Source: an uncultured archaeon
Lineage (GTDB): Archaea; Thermoplasmatota; Penumbrarchaeia; JASLWR01
Direction of reading: 5' to 3'
DNA: 64,000 nucleotides
Assembly: GCA_964430885.1 (NCBI GenBank)
Contig: CAYSHM010000002.1
Span: 141,009-205,008 of the forward strand
Part shown: piece by piece, positions 12,729-23,925 of the stretch
Layout of the letters: every line of letters begins with the position of its first letter
Position numbering within the stretch: position 1 is the first letter of the stretch
The notes under the pieces: model-generated
Seen by the model: the letters and a program-made list of their open reading frames with translations, nothing else
What the model was told of the DNA's origin: nothing
The model's database searches: none
Translations under genes and position numbers: made by a program

Positions 12729-14348
12729 TTATTGGGTCCAGCGTATGTGGTAATCACCTTCATCCATTGTTTCAATCCATGAATATCTTGTACATATCTC
12801 TATATCATAATCATTCCCGTTGTCCTGAATGGCCCCCCTGAGCGGATGTGTCTGGTCCCCTGCCTCCAGCATATCAATGATCACTTGGAAGGTTCCGTTA
12901 TTATCTGAATTCCCGTAGCTCCATGACAGATCTATGTTGCCGTTTGAACCCTCATCATCATTCAGTAGTTCACCCCCCGGTCCCATAATGCTGGCACCCA
13001 TACTATCTGGCTGATTCGAGTAATCAATTATTAGGGCCCCTTCGTCCGGTTCGTCAGTCCATGTCAATTTGAGGCTTATATCAATGATATTTCCAGTGGG
13101 AGGGATTAGTTCAATAATTAGATTTTCCCCCTCCCCGAGATAACCGCTGTCAGTAATGTTAAGATAATCGAATCTTTCAATGGCGAGGTTTTCTATCCTT
13201 CGGTCCTTAATGCGCTCAGGATCGGATGTGGCAAATATTGCACCTATAGGGATCATTGCTATGCAGAAAATGGATGTGACTGCAACGGTGAACAATATGG
13301 GATTTTTCAACTTTCTTCCTCTATCTCTTATGTTCACAAATCTTGCAAACCTCTCCCAAGCACTTCTCCCCTCCCGATCCTTCTCTCTTGCCTCCCTGCA
13401 CCAGAACTTTTTATGAATGAAGTAGAAAATCGGTAGCATTAGGGCCAAGGTTATGATGGTGTTTATGGTATCCAGCATGCCGAAGGTCTCTGCCGAGGCA
13501 CCTATGACTGAATCGGTATAGGCCCCCTTTATCTGGTAAAGTGTTAGATACCAATCCCATAATCCATGGATTATAATTCCCAAGACAATATTCCGTGACC
13601 AATGGTAAATGATTGAGAAGAAACCACCCATTATCACAAGGACCACCATGTACCAAGCGATCACTTTCCAGGGCAAATCATAGACCAGTATGGATATGGG
13701 CAGGTGTCCAATAGCAAATAGCACAGCTGAGAACAATATTGCATGTCCTATGGAAAATGCCCTGCTGGTTTGGTCCTGTAGAAAACCCCTGGAAAAAATT
13801 TCTTCTGCCGGCCCCGTTCCTATCATGTAGGAAAATAAGGTAGCTATTACCAACCCCCATCCTACCGTATCCCATCCCATTACCAGACTGAAATCGGTAC
13901 CCATGCCCCTTATCCACATATGTCCTACATAGACAAATGAAGCTACTACAAAGAATATCAGTCCGCCGATACAACCCCAAACAACCGATGAGAATAGATT
14001 CTTTTTAGTGAATCTGAATGGGCTTCCTTTCTCCTTAAATATATACAACCATATCAATAGGACCGGCCCCAGCTGGAGAACGGGTTTGGCGATCATGCTG
14101 ACCCAATAGTTCATCTCCCTGCCGTTCTCGGGATTGGTGAAGAAATCCATGGAACCGGTTAGATATCTGTAGAAACCCCAAATAATTATCTTTACAATGA
14201 AGACAAGGGTTACCAATCCCAGGAATTTCCATTTATTGTCAATGGGATTTTTACCAACAGGCGGAATCCCGTTCCATCGCGGATCCTTTACCATTTCTGC
14301 CTCGGTCCCGTTATCGGAAGGTTTCTTGAAAAGGTCAGTAAAGCTCAT
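12729..14348 (-). CDS. CPBP (Abi/CAAX) intramembrane metalloprotease with C-terminal soluble domain
   Basis: EEIFSRG, FAIGH and IIHGLWD catalytic motifs. Multiple TMs plus an acidic C-terminal domain of about 160 aa. Confidence 0.88.
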   Translation of the reverse strand: MSFTDLFKKPSDNGTEAEMVKDPRWNGIPPVGKNPIDNKWKFLGLVTLVFIVKIIIWGFYRYLTGSMDFFTNPENGREMNYWVSMIAKPVLQLGPVLLIWLYIFKEKGSPFRFTKKNLFSSVVWGCIGGLIFFVVASFVYVGHMWIRGMGTDFSLVMGWDTVGWGLVIATLFSYMIGTGPAEEIFSRGFLQDQTSRAFSIGHAILFSAVLFAIGHLPISILVYDLPWKVIAWYMVVLVIMGGFFSIIYHWSRNIVLGIIIHGLWDWYLTLYQIKGAYTDSVIGASAETFGMLDTINTIITLALMLPIFYFIHKKFWCREAREKDREGRSAWERFARFVNIRDRGRKLKNPILFTVAVTSIFCIAMIPIGAIFATSDPERIKDRRIENLAIERFDYLNITDSGYLGEGENLIIELIPPTGNIIDISLKLTWTDEPDEGALIIDYSNQPDSMGASIMGPGGELLNDDEGSNGNIDLSWSYGNSDNNGTFQVIIDMLEAGDQTHPLRGAIQDNGNDYDIEICTRYSWIETMDEGDYHIRWTQ

Positions 14349-14617
14349 GATTGGACAATTGTCATTTGTTTAATTATTCTTTCCTTGAATTTATCATCCC
14401 AACTTAACGGTAATTCATTTCTGGTTCTTCAGTCACTATGTTTATTTGCCAATCGATGAAATAATTTTCATAGGTCAATGTATGTAAGATTGCTTATAGT
14501 AACAAGATTGTACAATTATACTACCTATAATAATAAGATATTAATAATTACAGGTCCTTGCTGTAACGATTATTAGTTATTTATTTTGTAAAGATTAATT
14601 ATTATTAATTAGAAAAG

Positions 14618-17600
14618 GTGTTTCAGATGAAATATTTCAGATCTGGTTTAAAACAAGTTGCCATGATTAGGTTTCTGCCATTCATGGTTGCGTTTTTTTT
14701 GTTGCTAACGGGTTTTCCCATATCTTTACTATCAAACCAAAATGATCAATCAAGGGCGTTTGTTGCATCATATGATACAAACCCCGATCCAGTAAAAGGA
14801 TGCCGAGGTGCTAATACCATAATTCAGGAGGATGATTTTGACGATGGATGGGGCAATTTTTCTCATTCCATCGGAGGTCAGGGTGTGATAGTTAGACAAA
14901 CACAAGCAGATGCGGATTCTCTAGCCTACTCGGGTAATTCAGTTTTCATGTGGGCCGCAAACCGTAATGCTTGGGATTATTCCTACATGTGGACAACCGT
15001 GAACCTAATCAATACCTCAAAGGTCTACATGGATTTCCAATTTGCACTGGAGGATATTGAGAATCACGAGCATCTGTATATTTGGCTCGATACGGATGGG
15101 GATCCATCAAACGGTTATTCCCATCAAAGATGGCGGGAAGCACCCAAGGGCGCTAATGGAAATAATAATGATTTTACTACCGAACCTCAGGATTACCAGT
15201 TGGTGACATTTGATCTCTCTAATATAACCAAGACCGCAAATCTGCTGATACTTTTTGAAGGTTTGTTTTATAGGAGCGGTATGCCAGGAGATATGTTCGC
15301 CATTGATGATGTTGTCATAAGAGCGAATTACAAACCTCAATTGACATCCAAGGATGATGTCAACATATCGCCTTCAGTTGTCCATACACTCACTGATGAA
15401 TTCGCCAAGATCAATGTTACATATCATGATAAGGATGATCATCAAATTGAAGATTTCTCAGTTACTATGGATGTCAGATTGGCAGATAACACAACTGTCA
15501 TTCGATATATGAACAATAAATCCCTTAATGACCCCCTGGTTTCCATTGAGCGAATTGCTCCAATGACATATAATATGAGTATTATCTTCGATCCTGCCAT
15601 TATATATGGTTTTGGATTTGTGGATTTCTTCTTAGTGATATTTGATCCCGACGACCTTCATTTCAGTCTTTACTTCAACTATTTGAATGATATACTGGAA
15701 CTGCTGGACCACGAGGTGGTGATTAATGACGCTGACACCAAAGCCTCCCCTGCCCTGCTCAATGTGGAGGCTGATGATCCCTTAGAGATTGTAGGAACAT
15801 TTACCGATCTTGATGATCAGCCAATTTCGGATTTCACCTTTGATTTCATTATACGGGACCAAAATTCCGTAGAATATCCTTTGGGTCCGGAAATTGTAGC
15901 GGGAGATGATGACTTCACCTTAATAAAGGAGGATGTTGGCGAATATTCATTCAGTTTATTATTCGAACTCAATTCCTCTTACCCATCTTCCCTTTACGAT
16001 ATTTTTGTGGAAATAGACGACGGATACATAGAGATGAACCAGAGCAGTTTCATTGATAATCCCGAAGAACTAGAATTGTTTTCTGCAGCTGTTTCTGATA
16101 TCATAATTTCTCCTGAACCTTACAATATCTATCATCAAGAACCACTTTATTTAAATTTCACCGTCACTGAAAATATTGCTCTGAACAATAATGGCTTTTC
16201 TCTCAGAGAATCCATATTGAATTCAGGGATTAACATCAGTTTGAGAGATTCAGAGAATGAAGAATTGGTTCTTTATTCTCAGAAAACAAGGGGAAGAACG
16301 AATGCCCCTATACTTCAGAACCTGACAAATGACACATTCCTGATTTCCTTCAAATACGAGGATGCATTCAATCTTTCAAAGGATGTTTTCGATCTGAAAC
16401 TCAGCATTTTTAATTCAGAGGCAGTCCTTCTGGAATCCGACTATGAGGATAACGAGGATATACTGACTACATTTTACAATATTGTCCCAAGGATACTAAA
16501 TGTGTGGAGTTCCCATGATCTAATAAATATTTACTACAATCCAACAATTATTATAGGTACGGAAATGAGAGATAGGGATATGCCGGATATCGGAGATCTT
16601 TTGTTCAGTCTCGCACTTAGGAACGATGATGGTGGCGAAATAGTGATATTCGATGGCAGCTCATCTGATGTCGATGGATTAGAATTCTCAGAATACTTGG
16701 ATGAGAATGGGACTTTCCTACTGAATTACAGTGTTGATATTGATGGAGGTTTTGAACAGGGATTCTATGATGTGGAGGTTTCAATTGAGGACGAGTACGG
16801 GATGAAATTCATATCTTCATATTCGGAATCACTGGACCTTTTTGAGCTCTATTACAATGAACCTCCAAATGCACCGAGCAAGTTCTTACCCAACGAGACC
16901 AGCGACAGGAGTCCTTTACTTCATTGGTATGGTGCTTCTGACAGCAGTGTTGCAACTGTGGACCTGACCTACAGCCTAAAGATAGGGACGGATGAAGGCA
17001 GATCAGATATTTTGGATTGGTATGATGTTGGTAAAAATCCCTTTTATACGATAACGGATGTATTGGATTACGGTTTATATTATGTAGAGGTCATTGCCAA
17101 TGACGGCCAGGACAATTCTTTGCCTTACAAGGATAGTTTCGGCGTTTTTGCCTTGGCCAATACGCCTCCGTTGCCGCCGAACGAGATATCCCCTGATTAT
17201 TCCTTAGAAACCCTTCCATTGATCACCTGGAAGGGAGCTTCAGATCCTGATGGGGATACAATTAGAAATAATTATCTTCAGATTGGGACCTATTCCTATG
17301 GAGGGGATGTTCTTTCCTGGGTCAATGTGAGATTGGCAACCGAATATCAGATCGTGAATACCCTGCCCCTTGGTAATTATTTTGTCCAGGTGAAGGTCTC
17401 CGACGGAACGGCGATGTCATATGTGCAGCAGGAAATGCTGTACATAATCAGCGAAGGAAATGTTCCGCCCTCACCTCCAACGGAGATGTATCCCATCACC
17501 ACATGGGAAAGGAAACCGACCATAACATGGTCTGGTGCCTATGATTATAATGAAGAGGATACTTTGACATATTCCATTCAGATCGGAAGCAGTTCGGGAA

Positions 17601-19219
17601 AGGGTGACGTGCTCTCATGGATTGACGATATACCGGAAACCAAATATGCGGTCACCAGCGAACTGAACATAGGAGAGTATTGGATTCAGATCAAGGCTCA
17701 CGATGGAGAGCTGTTCTCCAATGTATTTGAACGAAAACTGACCATTACCGAGGTAGGAAACCTTCCGCCCTTGGCAGTAGGAAATATCACACCCACGACC
17801 ACAACAAATTCCACCCCACTTATTAAATGGAGTCCGTCAACGGACTCTGATGGTGACGAGAAGGACATTACCTATTATATCCAAATAGGATTTGCACTGG
17901 GTCACGGGGACTTCTTATCATGGTATACCACCAAGGATAAAACCGAATATCAGATATCTAAGGAACTATCACCCAATAGAAAATACTTTGTTCAGGTCAA
18001 GGCTTTTGACGGGGAATCATTTTCTTCAGTTGAATACGGCACACTGGAATTACTTGTTTATCTATCCGAAATATCTTTCCAGGGTAACATTACTTCGGTT
18101 GGAGTATACAAGGAGGAAGTCTATACCTTTGACCTGTTGCTCCTAGGAAGGGGGACCGCCGGTTTCGATGTGGACCTGAAGATCGAAACATCGGAGGAAT
18201 TGAGTGAATTTGTAAATCTTTCAATTTACAATATATTCCTTTCACCGGGTGATAAGGTAGTAATAATACTTGCCTTGAATATACCTGCAAGCTCAGATAT
18301 TACTGGCAATTTCAGCGTACATGCCGTATCAGATTCACCATTTTACTCCGATACCACTGAAGTTCCGCTTACATTAAGTATACTGAAAAGGGATGAACCG
18401 GACCCAACGTTCTTTGAGGATGTCAGTAACGATCCCATGTATATTATTGGATTCATAGCATTGTTGTTATTACTTATCCTTCTGATCTTATTGATCGTGA
18501 TAATAAAGCGGAGGAAGGACCAAGCACCTGAAGAAATAATTGATAGAGATGAAAAGGATCTGGATGGTGTGCCGGAACTGACCTTTACCCCTATTGCTGA
18601 GAAGGGACTTGTGACAAAGACGATAGTGCCGGATTCCGAAAAGATATTGTCCGGGAAATATCTAGCACTAAAAGGAGGAAAAGCTTCTAAGAAAGTACCT
18701 CAGCTTCCGGGAAGTACTGCTGCGGGAGAGAAGAAAAGATTGGCTCTGCCCCAGCATTCAGTGGTTATTGATATGGATTCCCAGCAGGTTGTGGGACATA
18801 CAAAGGTGGATGAGAGGAAAGATGATGAGAAGGAGGATGTAGTTTTTGATTTCGAGTCTGTGGGCGGGAAATATGTAATAAAGGATAGTCTTCCCCCTGA
18901 GAGCCCTTATGGGACCTCATATCGGGAGGATGTTACAACGGAAAGCCGTTATTCAGCATCCAAAGGAAAAGGAAAAGGTAAAAAAGGCCGAAGGGGAAAG
19001 AAGGGTACTGGGAAAGGTAAAAAGGGTATGCGAGCAGGGAAAAAAGTTCCCGCATCGGATAAGAAGGGGGGAACACCTGAGAAAGGAAAAGGTGAGGTGA
19101 AGATGGAAACACGTTCGGAAGAACCTCCCGCACCCCCTACGCCCCCTACACCCGCTTCAGATCCAACGCCGGATGTTCCACCCATGGAAAATGATCAGCC
19201 GTCTCCGCCCCCTGAATGA
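14618..19219 (+). CDS. Large single-pass surface protein with Ig/FN3-like repeats and disordered cytoplasmic tail
   Basis: Signal-like N-terminus, many N-x-S/T sequons, four NxPPxP..W..D.D....Y.IQIG..G.GD.LSW repeats, a TM near aa 1275-1295, and a Lys/Gly- and Pro-rich tail. Confidence 0.85.
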   Translation: MFQMKYFRSGLKQVAMIRFLPFMVAFFLLLTGFPISLLSNQNDQSRAFVASYDTNPDPVKGCRGANTIIQEDDFDDGWGNFSHSIGGQGVIVRQTQADADSLAYSGNSVFMWAANRNAWDYSYMWTTVNLINTSKVYMDFQFALEDIENHEHLYIWLDTDGDPSNGYSHQRWREAPKGANGNNNDFTTEPQDYQLVTFDLSNITKTANLLILFEGLFYRSGMPGDMFAIDDVVIRANYKPQLTSKDDVNISPSVVHTLTDEFAKINVTYHDKDDHQIEDFSVTMDVRLADNTTVIRYMNNKSLNDPLVSIERIAPMTYNMSIIFDPAIIYGFGFVDFFLVIFDPDDLHFSLYFNYLNDILELLDHEVVINDADTKASPALLNVEADDPLEIVGTFTDLDDQPISDFTFDFIIRDQNSVEYPLGPEIVAGDDDFTLIKEDVGEYSFSLLFELNSSYPSSLYDIFVEIDDGYIEMNQSSFIDNPEELELFSAAVSDIIISPEPYNIYHQEPLYLNFTVTENIALNNNGFSLRESILNSGINISLRDSENEELVLYSQKTRGRTNAPILQNLTNDTFLISFKYEDAFNLSKDVFDLKLSIFNSEAVLLESDYEDNEDILTTFYNIVPRILNVWSSHDLINIYYNPTIIIGTEMRDRDMPDIGDLLFSLALRNDDGGEIVIFDGSSSDVDGLEFSEYLDENGTFLLNYSVDIDGGFEQGFYDVEVSIEDEYGMKFISSYSESLDLFELYYNEPPNAPSKFLPNETSDRSPLLHWYGASDSSVATVDLTYSLKIGTDEGRSDILDWYDVGKNPFYTITDVLDYGLYYVEVIANDGQDNSLPYKDSFGVFALANTPPLPPNEISPDYSLETLPLITWKGASDPDGDTIRNNYLQIGTYSYGGDVLSWVNVRLATEYQIVNTLPLGNYFVQVKVSDGTAMSYVQQEMLYIISEGNVPPSPPTEMYPITTWERKPTITWSGAYDYNEEDTLTYSIQIGSSSGKGDVLSWIDDIPETKYAVTSELNIGEYWIQIKAHDGELFSNVFERKLTITEVGNLPPLAVGNITPTTTTNSTPLIKWSPSTDSDGDEKDITYYIQIGFALGHGDFLSWYTTKDKTEYQISKELSPNRKYFVQVKAFDGESFSSVEYGTLELLVYLSEISFQGNITSVGVYKEEVYTFDLLLLGRGTAGFDVDLKIETSEELSEFVNLSIYNIFLSPGDKVVIILALNIPASSDITGNFSVHAVSDSPFYSDTTEVPLTLSILKRDEPDPTFFEDVSNDPMYIIGFIALLLLLILLILLIVIIKRRKDQAPEEIIDRDEKDLDGVPELTFTPIAEKGLVTKTIVPDSEKILSGKYLALKGGKASKKVPQLPGSTAAGEKKRLALPQHSVVIDMDSQQVVGHTKVDERKDDEKEDVVFDFESVGGKYVIKDSLPPESPYGTSYREDVTTESRYSASKGKGKGKKGRRGKKGTGKGKKGMRAGKKVPASDKKGGTPEKGKGEVKMETRSEEPPAPPTPPTPASDPTPDVPPMENDQPSPPPE
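16855..18050 (+). repeat. Four tandem ~100-aa FN3-like domain repeats within the surface protein
   Basis: NEPPNAP / NTPPLPP / NVPPSPP / NLPPLAV starts, each followed by P.(I/L).W..(A/S).D and (Y/F).VQ(V/I)K..DG. Confidence 0.75.
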
Positions 19220-19239
19220 TCAGGCAGGTCTGCTAGAGT

Positions 19240-19503
19240 TCAATTAAATGTCCATTTGAGATTTTCAATATCAGTGGCGCTTCTAACCTTTATATATGCT
19301 ACCTCTTTCAAGGGAGAAAGAAGCCTGTCAACGAAGTCATGGTTTTCCGCGTGGAAAAAAATTATAAAATCATAATCACCGAAGAGTGCAAGTATCTTTT
19401 CGATCTTTATTCCTTCTGGTTCCCTCAAGGTCTTGATCCTTCTGATCAAATGCCTGGAACTCCCAGGAATTGTCCGAATGAACGCGATAAACAACATACT
19501 CAT
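19240..19503 (-). CDS. Stand-alone Lrp/AsnC ligand-binding (RAM)/GYD-like domain protein
   Basis: IEKILALFGDYDFIIFFHAEN motif, no HTH. SD GGAG before the ATG at 19503. Confidence 0.65.
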   Translation of the reverse strand: MSMLFIAFIRTIPGSSRHLIRRIKTLREPEGIKIEKILALFGDYDFIIFFHAENHDFVDRLLSPLKEVAYIKVRSATDIENLKWTFN

Positions 19504-19596
19504 CGATGACTCCAATAAAATGAAATCAATTCCCCCGGCCATCAATTAGGATTTTGATAGCCATATTTCAATTATTTATATAGAATTTATAATTAT

Positions 19597-22500
19597 TTAT
19601 TTCTTTCCTTTTTTTATTATTAAACCAATCAGGACCAAAAGGATAAAAATTCCTGCCCCTGCATAGATGAATACTGGATTATTCACAATAAATGATTCTC
19701 CTTCAGCATTATTTTTGGGATTTGACATTATCCTCACCGTAATATTATCCATCGCGCTATTTCCTTTCTTATCAAAGGCGGTAATGGTGAGCTCGTACTG
19801 CCCGTTTTCAATTGAATCTGAAATAGGATATTTCAATGTGAATTTTCCGTCCATTTCCCATTTATCACCCATCTTTCCATCATCCCTGAGCTCTTTTTCT
19901 TTTGGCCCACCCATAGGACTGAGGTCTATGGTTATCTTTTCTAAATCCTCCCAACCATCTGGATCGGAGATCTTCACTATGCATTCCCAAATGTTATTGT
20001 TATCTATATTCACAAGTTTGATTGTGCTCCTTATGTCAATCTTGGGTGCTAAATTGGTCTTTATTATCTCTATTGATGAGTTCTCCAAGGTCTTCGCCCC
20101 TGTCCTGTCGATTGCGATAATGGTAATTAGCTGATTACCTAAAGTTAAACCTCCAGGCAGGTTAAAGATCAGAGCATAATTCCATCTACCTGTTCTATCG
20201 CAGAGCATGCTTCCTAGTCCCAGGGAGGATAGGTCAACAGCTACCGATGCGATATCATCTGGACCATCAGGGTCGTTCAGTATGATGTCTATAGCAACCG
20301 TCCCACCTTTGTCCTCTAAAATCCGGGGTTCTATAGATATACTTGTAATCTGAGGCGGGTTGATAATTATATCAATATCGAATTCTATTTCAGCAATTTC
20401 CGATTCCTGATCATCGACATCAACGGCCATTGCTCTGAAAATATGCTTCCCCTTACCCAATACGGATATATCAATTTCTACCTCCCAAAGCTCATCATCC
20501 GATATGGGTATCCATTCCTGATCATCTACCTGGGCTCTTACCTCTTTAATCCCGTTATCGTCCAGGGCTCCTCCGAAGAAAAATGTATTTTCAGTCAGAG
20601 TAGTGTTGGGATGGGGATAATCGATGTACACCAATGGTATCAGACTTTTTCCGCTTTCATATATGTCTGCATAAAGCACACCCTCAGTCAAACCGCCATC
20701 ATTATCTGCCACGCCAACATTTATAATATACTTGTCAGGAACATTGAAGGTATGTATCAAGCTCCCTTCCTGGGTTAAATAATCCCAATCCAGGTCATTG
20801 TCAGTATCCCACCAATATTCTGCTACGGATCCATCACTATCCACGGCCTTTACAGTTAACTCCACCGGTTCCTCAGCCTCACCGGAAGCATTGTTCAATT
20901 CAAGAATTTCCGGCAGTTGATTTTCATGAGGCAGTGCCTTTGAGATTATTCCCGAGGGATAGCGTATATTTCCGTATACCAGGTTAAGACCTTCTCCATT
21001 CACTTTGATTTCAAGGGTGAGCTGAATATCACTTCGGAATGTCAGATCTGTAATGGGGATCTCGCTAGATAACTGTATCATCATCGGCGGACTGCTGGGT
21101 TCAACATAATCCTCGGGGCTCTCAATCTGGAAAAGGTTAGTTCCGTCTATACTGACGGTAGTCCTGAACTGAACGTCAAATCCGCGGTCCTCCAGTGAAT
21201 TTTCGATCCAGAATTCCACATCCATTTTCTCCACAAGCTCCACGGTTTCCAGGGAATAACCTATTTCCCACAGTCCGATTGTCCTGTATTCTACTATTCC
21301 AATTGGACTGCTGGGAATGGGATAAGGTGTATATCCGTCCGGACAAGGCATGGTGGAGTAGTCGGAAATGTCTGGTTTATCTAGGGTAAGGTTTCCCTCG
21401 TCCAGTATGTAGAATCCCAAACGTCCTCCTTCTAGTTCCCGAACTGAGATGGTCATGCTGGCGTTGTTCGTACTATTCCTTCCTCCATTGTCCTGTACAA
21501 TCAGACTGGCGGTAAAATTACCGGGAATAGAATAGGAATGACCAACGTTATCAACATTGATCCAACCGCTCTCATTTCCATCACCGAAAAAGAAACGCCA
21601 TTTAGTAACGCTCCCGTCGGTGTCAAAGGATTCATCTCCGAAAAAGGTTACTTCTTCGTGGATGTCGGCCAAGGATTCAGGGGATGAGGCCAATCTAGCA
21701 ACGGGTGCAGCATTCACACCCCCTGTTACTCTTATGGGTTTTGTAGCTGAATTGTTGTTCTCGGAAAGCTCATCTATCTCATCATCAGGGTCTACTGCCA
21801 CATAGATATTATGAATTGTACCTGCTGTAGCTACCCATTCCACATACGTACTTTCCCTTGCCCCTGCAGGGACATCAACCTCACCACTCCCAATAAGGAT
21901 TCCGCTGGTGGGATTTCCGTCATAGAAATCCACTCTTGCATCAAAGGCATCACTTAGTCCCCGATTTGATATGTTTGCATAGATCACAACTGTTTCACCG
22001 GCATTTACAGGGGATTGGGAGAATGTTATGTCCTCCGGAGTAATCACTAGATCTGGCTTCTGTTCCGATTTTCCTACGGATATGGTTTCTTCCTGCGTTG
22101 GAAGCGGTATGCGGTTCAATTCCCCAGATAATTGAAAATCAAAGGTCTGTTCATCCCCGACTTGCGGAGAGGTTGTAAATAATTTGAGAGCGGGGTCCAC
22201 TTCAATATCTTCCCCTTCAGGGCTATTTAGGGTTGCTTCGGCACTGACCCTCCATAAGCCAGGGAACCTTTCAATGTCCAGTGAGTTCAGTTCCACTTGT
22301 CCTCCAGCCGATGATGTTAATGTAATATTCTCGGGTCTGGAGAAGAAATCAGGAAATTCAAGAACAAGGGACAGTTCATCCCGGGATGTGAAATAGGCTC
22401 CCCTGTAAAGATCTAAAGACGGCTGAACCTTAATCCTCGTTCCGCTGTCCACGAACTGGGGCATATTCAGCTTAAAAGAACTAAGATCAACAGCCCTTCT

Positions 22501-23925
22501 TACAGCACCATAGGAATCCATCATTCCATATCCATAGTCCTCGTTGTATTTCTCATCTAAATTTGAATCGTAGGGATTACCCTTCATCTCGGAAGTGAGA
22601 TGTAAAATCTCCTTTATATGGGAAGGTTCCAAAGGAGGATATGCCTGCTCCATGAGTGCTACGTTACCAGCTACATGGGGTGTTGCCATGGAAGTACCTG
22701 AGAATGCGACATAGGCATTTCTCGTATTATAAGCGCATGAACGAATGTCAGATCCGGGGGCCGTGATGTCGGGTTTAAGCTCATCTTTATCATCACCATC
22801 CCCATCGCTGGGCCGGGGTCCGCTCTGGGAATAACCCGCAATACTGTCATCGCTCCTGTCGGCGGTGTTCTTCTCATGAATAGATCCCACTGTAATGACC
22901 TTGTCGGCAGATCCTGGAGATGAAACTATATTGGAATTTTGACTGAGGTCGTCATTTCCGATTGCCACAATAACAGTCACCCCCGCATCCACAACTTCAT
23001 TGGCCAATCTAGATACTGGATCCTGGCCGTTTGTTGAATGCTCGGTTCCCATGGAGATTGAAAGCACTGATATGTTGTATCTGTCGGCATTTGCCCTGAC
23101 CCATTCCAGGCCCTCCATGAAGTTGGTCGGTGTCGCACTGCCCAGGGTAGCAGCGTCTCCCACCCTGCAGTCTACCAGTGATGCTTCCGGTGCGATCCCG
23201 ATATTTTCTCCACCGCTTCCGGTCCCCATGATAATACCTGCGCAGTGTGTACCGTGCCCCACATCATCGTCGGGGTTTCTAGGTGTAACTCCCACAGCAG
23301 TTGTAGTATCTACCCCCGCTATGAACTTCAATCTGAGTCCCGTATGTACAACATCATCCACTCCCGAATCGATAATCGCAACATTCACCCCTTCTCCTTT
23401 CAGTCCCAGATCTTTCCATACCGTGGAATCATATATCTCGCTTTCCTTAACTCTAACCGCTCTAGCAGAATTGTCCAGCATGGGATGGAACGTTGGTGCG
23501 ATTTCTATACACTTCACATCCTGTAGCTTCAATACACAATCTATGATATTTTTATCAGCGTTCTCGATTATCAGGGTATTGATATACTGGGATACAAAAG
23601 AAGGGGATAAATCATATCTTTCGAGCTCCAGAAGATCAGAGTCATCGATGGTTTCATGGTAGTTAACAAAAATGTCGAATCTTGCATACGGGTTTTGATT
23701 GAGGATTTCATCGATTTGGTCCTCTATCCCATTTCCGTCCATATCAATGTTCCATTTTACCATGATGTTTTGAGATCCATCCAAATTATTATTTTTGGGA
23801 ATATTACTCATGAAGCTTATTTCGGCTATGGGCTTGGCCATTGAAAAAATTCCAATGACGTTGAGCAACAATAACGTACTGCAGAAGACGATAGTGATCT
23901 TTCTCAAATTCATATTAACTACCAA
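19597..23925 (-). CDS. Membrane-anchored S8 subtilisin-like serine protease with CARDB, PKD and Ig-like domains
   Basis: Catalytic triad IIDSGVD / GHGTHCAG / GTSMATPHVAG. CARDB (DPDDEIDELSENNNSA), PKD (WRFFFGDG), signal peptide and C-terminal TM + KKGKK. Confidence 0.95.
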   Translation of the reverse strand: MVVNMNLRKITIVFCSTLLLLNVIGIFSMAKPIAEISFMSNIPKNNNLDGSQNIMVKWNIDMDGNGIEDQIDEILNQNPYARFDIFVNYHETIDDSDLLELERYDLSPSFVSQYINTLIIENADKNIIDCVLKLQDVKCIEIAPTFHPMLDNSARAVRVKESEIYDSTVWKDLGLKGEGVNVAIIDSGVDDVVHTGLRLKFIAGVDTTTAVGVTPRNPDDDVGHGTHCAGIIMGTGSGGENIGIAPEASLVDCRVGDAATLGSATPTNFMEGLEWVRANADRYNISVLSISMGTEHSTNGQDPVSRLANEVVDAGVTVIVAIGNDDLSQNSNIVSSPGSADKVITVGSIHEKNTADRSDDSIAGYSQSGPRPSDGDGDDKDELKPDITAPGSDIRSCAYNTRNAYVAFSGTSMATPHVAGNVALMEQAYPPLEPSHIKEILHLTSEMKGNPYDSNLDEKYNEDYGYGMMDSYGAVRRAVDLSSFKLNMPQFVDSGTRIKVQPSLDLYRGAYFTSRDELSLVLEFPDFFSRPENITLTSSAGGQVELNSLDIERFPGLWRVSAEATLNSPEGEDIEVDPALKLFTTSPQVGDEQTFDFQLSGELNRIPLPTQEETISVGKSEQKPDLVITPEDITFSQSPVNAGETVVIYANISNRGLSDAFDARVDFYDGNPTSGILIGSGEVDVPAGARESTYVEWVATAGTIHNIYVAVDPDDEIDELSENNNSATKPIRVTGGVNAAPVARLASSPESLADIHEEVTFFGDESFDTDGSVTKWRFFFGDGNESGWINVDNVGHSYSIPGNFTASLIVQDNGGRNSTNNASMTISVRELEGGRLGFYILDEGNLTLDKPDISDYSTMPCPDGYTPYPIPSSPIGIVEYRTIGLWEIGYSLETVELVEKMDVEFWIENSLEDRGFDVQFRTTVSIDGTNLFQIESPEDYVEPSSPPMMIQLSSEIPITDLTFRSDIQLTLEIKVNGEGLNLVYGNIRYPSGIISKALPHENQLPEILELNNASGEAEEPVELTVKAVDSDGSVAEYWWDTDNDLDWDYLTQEGSLIHTFNVPDKYIINVGVADNDGGLTEGVLYADIYESGKSLIPLVYIDYPHPNTTLTENTFFFGGALDDNGIKEVRAQVDDQEWIPISDDELWEVEIDISVLGKGKHIFRAMAVDVDDQESEIAEIEFDIDIIINPPQITSISIEPRILEDKGGTVAIDIILNDPDGPDDIASVAVDLSSLGLGSMLCDRTGRWNYALIFNLPGGLTLGNQLITIIAIDRTGAKTLENSSIEIIKTNLAPKIDIRSTIKLVNIDNNNIWECIVKISDPDGWEDLEKITIDLSPMGGPKEKELRDDGKMGDKWEMDGKFTLKYPISDSIENGQYELTITAFDKKGNSAMDNITVRIMSNPKNNAEGESFIVNNPVFIYAGAGIFILLVLIGLIIKKGKK

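Noticed and set aside
23000-23662. 220-aa plus-strand ORF
   Set aside because: Antisense shadow of the S8 protease catalytic domain.
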